A stretch of 63,493 nt of DNA, the filler included. It is 12 parts of 12 records of this genome, joined end to end, with 100 filler letters (N's around TTAATTAATTAA, not from the genome) between each part and the next. Parts side by side here need not be neighbours in the genome. Positions count along the whole stretch, not along the records: positions 60,372 to 63,493 come from SRR7504441_2433; 11 more parts are not named here. The stretch is one strand, 5' to 3'. Below are positions 63,401 to 63,493 of the stretch, in pieces; position 1 is the first letter of the stretch; each line of letters begins with the position of its first letter. Both the position numbers and the translations under genes were made by a program. The notes under the pieces were generated by a model that saw only the letters and a program-made list of their open reading frames with translations, was not told the origin of the DNA and did not search any database.

Positions 63401-63478
63401 GAAGCCAAGATGGCGGCCAGCGAGTACATAGCAGCGCGACAAAAACTTTACTTTGGCGCGCCGGCGGAAGGCACATGA
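60444..63478 (+). CDS. LRR (RNI/NLRC3-like) fused to an ADAR/ADAT-type adenosine deaminase; start may lie upstream
   Basis: LxxLNLxxNxIGxxGAxALAxxL repeats, then spliced QEFADQ|LAELC...VLAGF...LIALG|AGTK...HDSHAE (62542-62550)...APCG (62741)...SCSDKLRRWNRLGLQGALLS (62903)...EYIAARQKL. Confidence 0.85.
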
Positions 63479-63493
63479 ATGAAACTAAGCTTA

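Noticed and set aside
56093-63478. Functional clustering of CTR9 with the LRR-deaminase gene, or any operon or defence island across the window
   Set aside because: They are on different contigs separated by artificial spacers, so order is arbitrary

Overview
This window is not one locus. It is 12 short contigs (3-11 kb) joined by 100-nt N spacers that carry TTAATTAATTAA, a linker with stops in all six frames, so adjacency across gaps means nothing. The DNA is from a GC-rich, gene-dense, flagellated microbial eukaryote (IFT46, TTL-family ligase, eIF1A, CTR9, EYA, MPND-like, ZC3H15-like genes). I cannot assign the lineage. Hand splicing shows introns tightly clustered at about 36-47 nt, with roughly a quarter to a third using GC donors and usually no polypyrimidine tract. 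The top candidate for an undescribed system is a single spliced gene (60444-63478) fusing RNI/NLRC3-like leucine-rich repeats to a catalytically intact ADAR/ADAT-type adenosine deaminase with no dsRNA-binding domain. Other leads are a TIR/HET-like domain plus LRR protein, a candidate C/D snoRNA in the only long CTR9 intron, a YAACGG (Myb/MSA-like) motif in every head-to-head promoter, an uncleavable ubiquitin fused to a giant protein, and introns expanded by TAGTAC repeats, including an inverted repeat around a 30-nt exon. All gene models are manual, and family calls rest on motif recognition rather than database searches.
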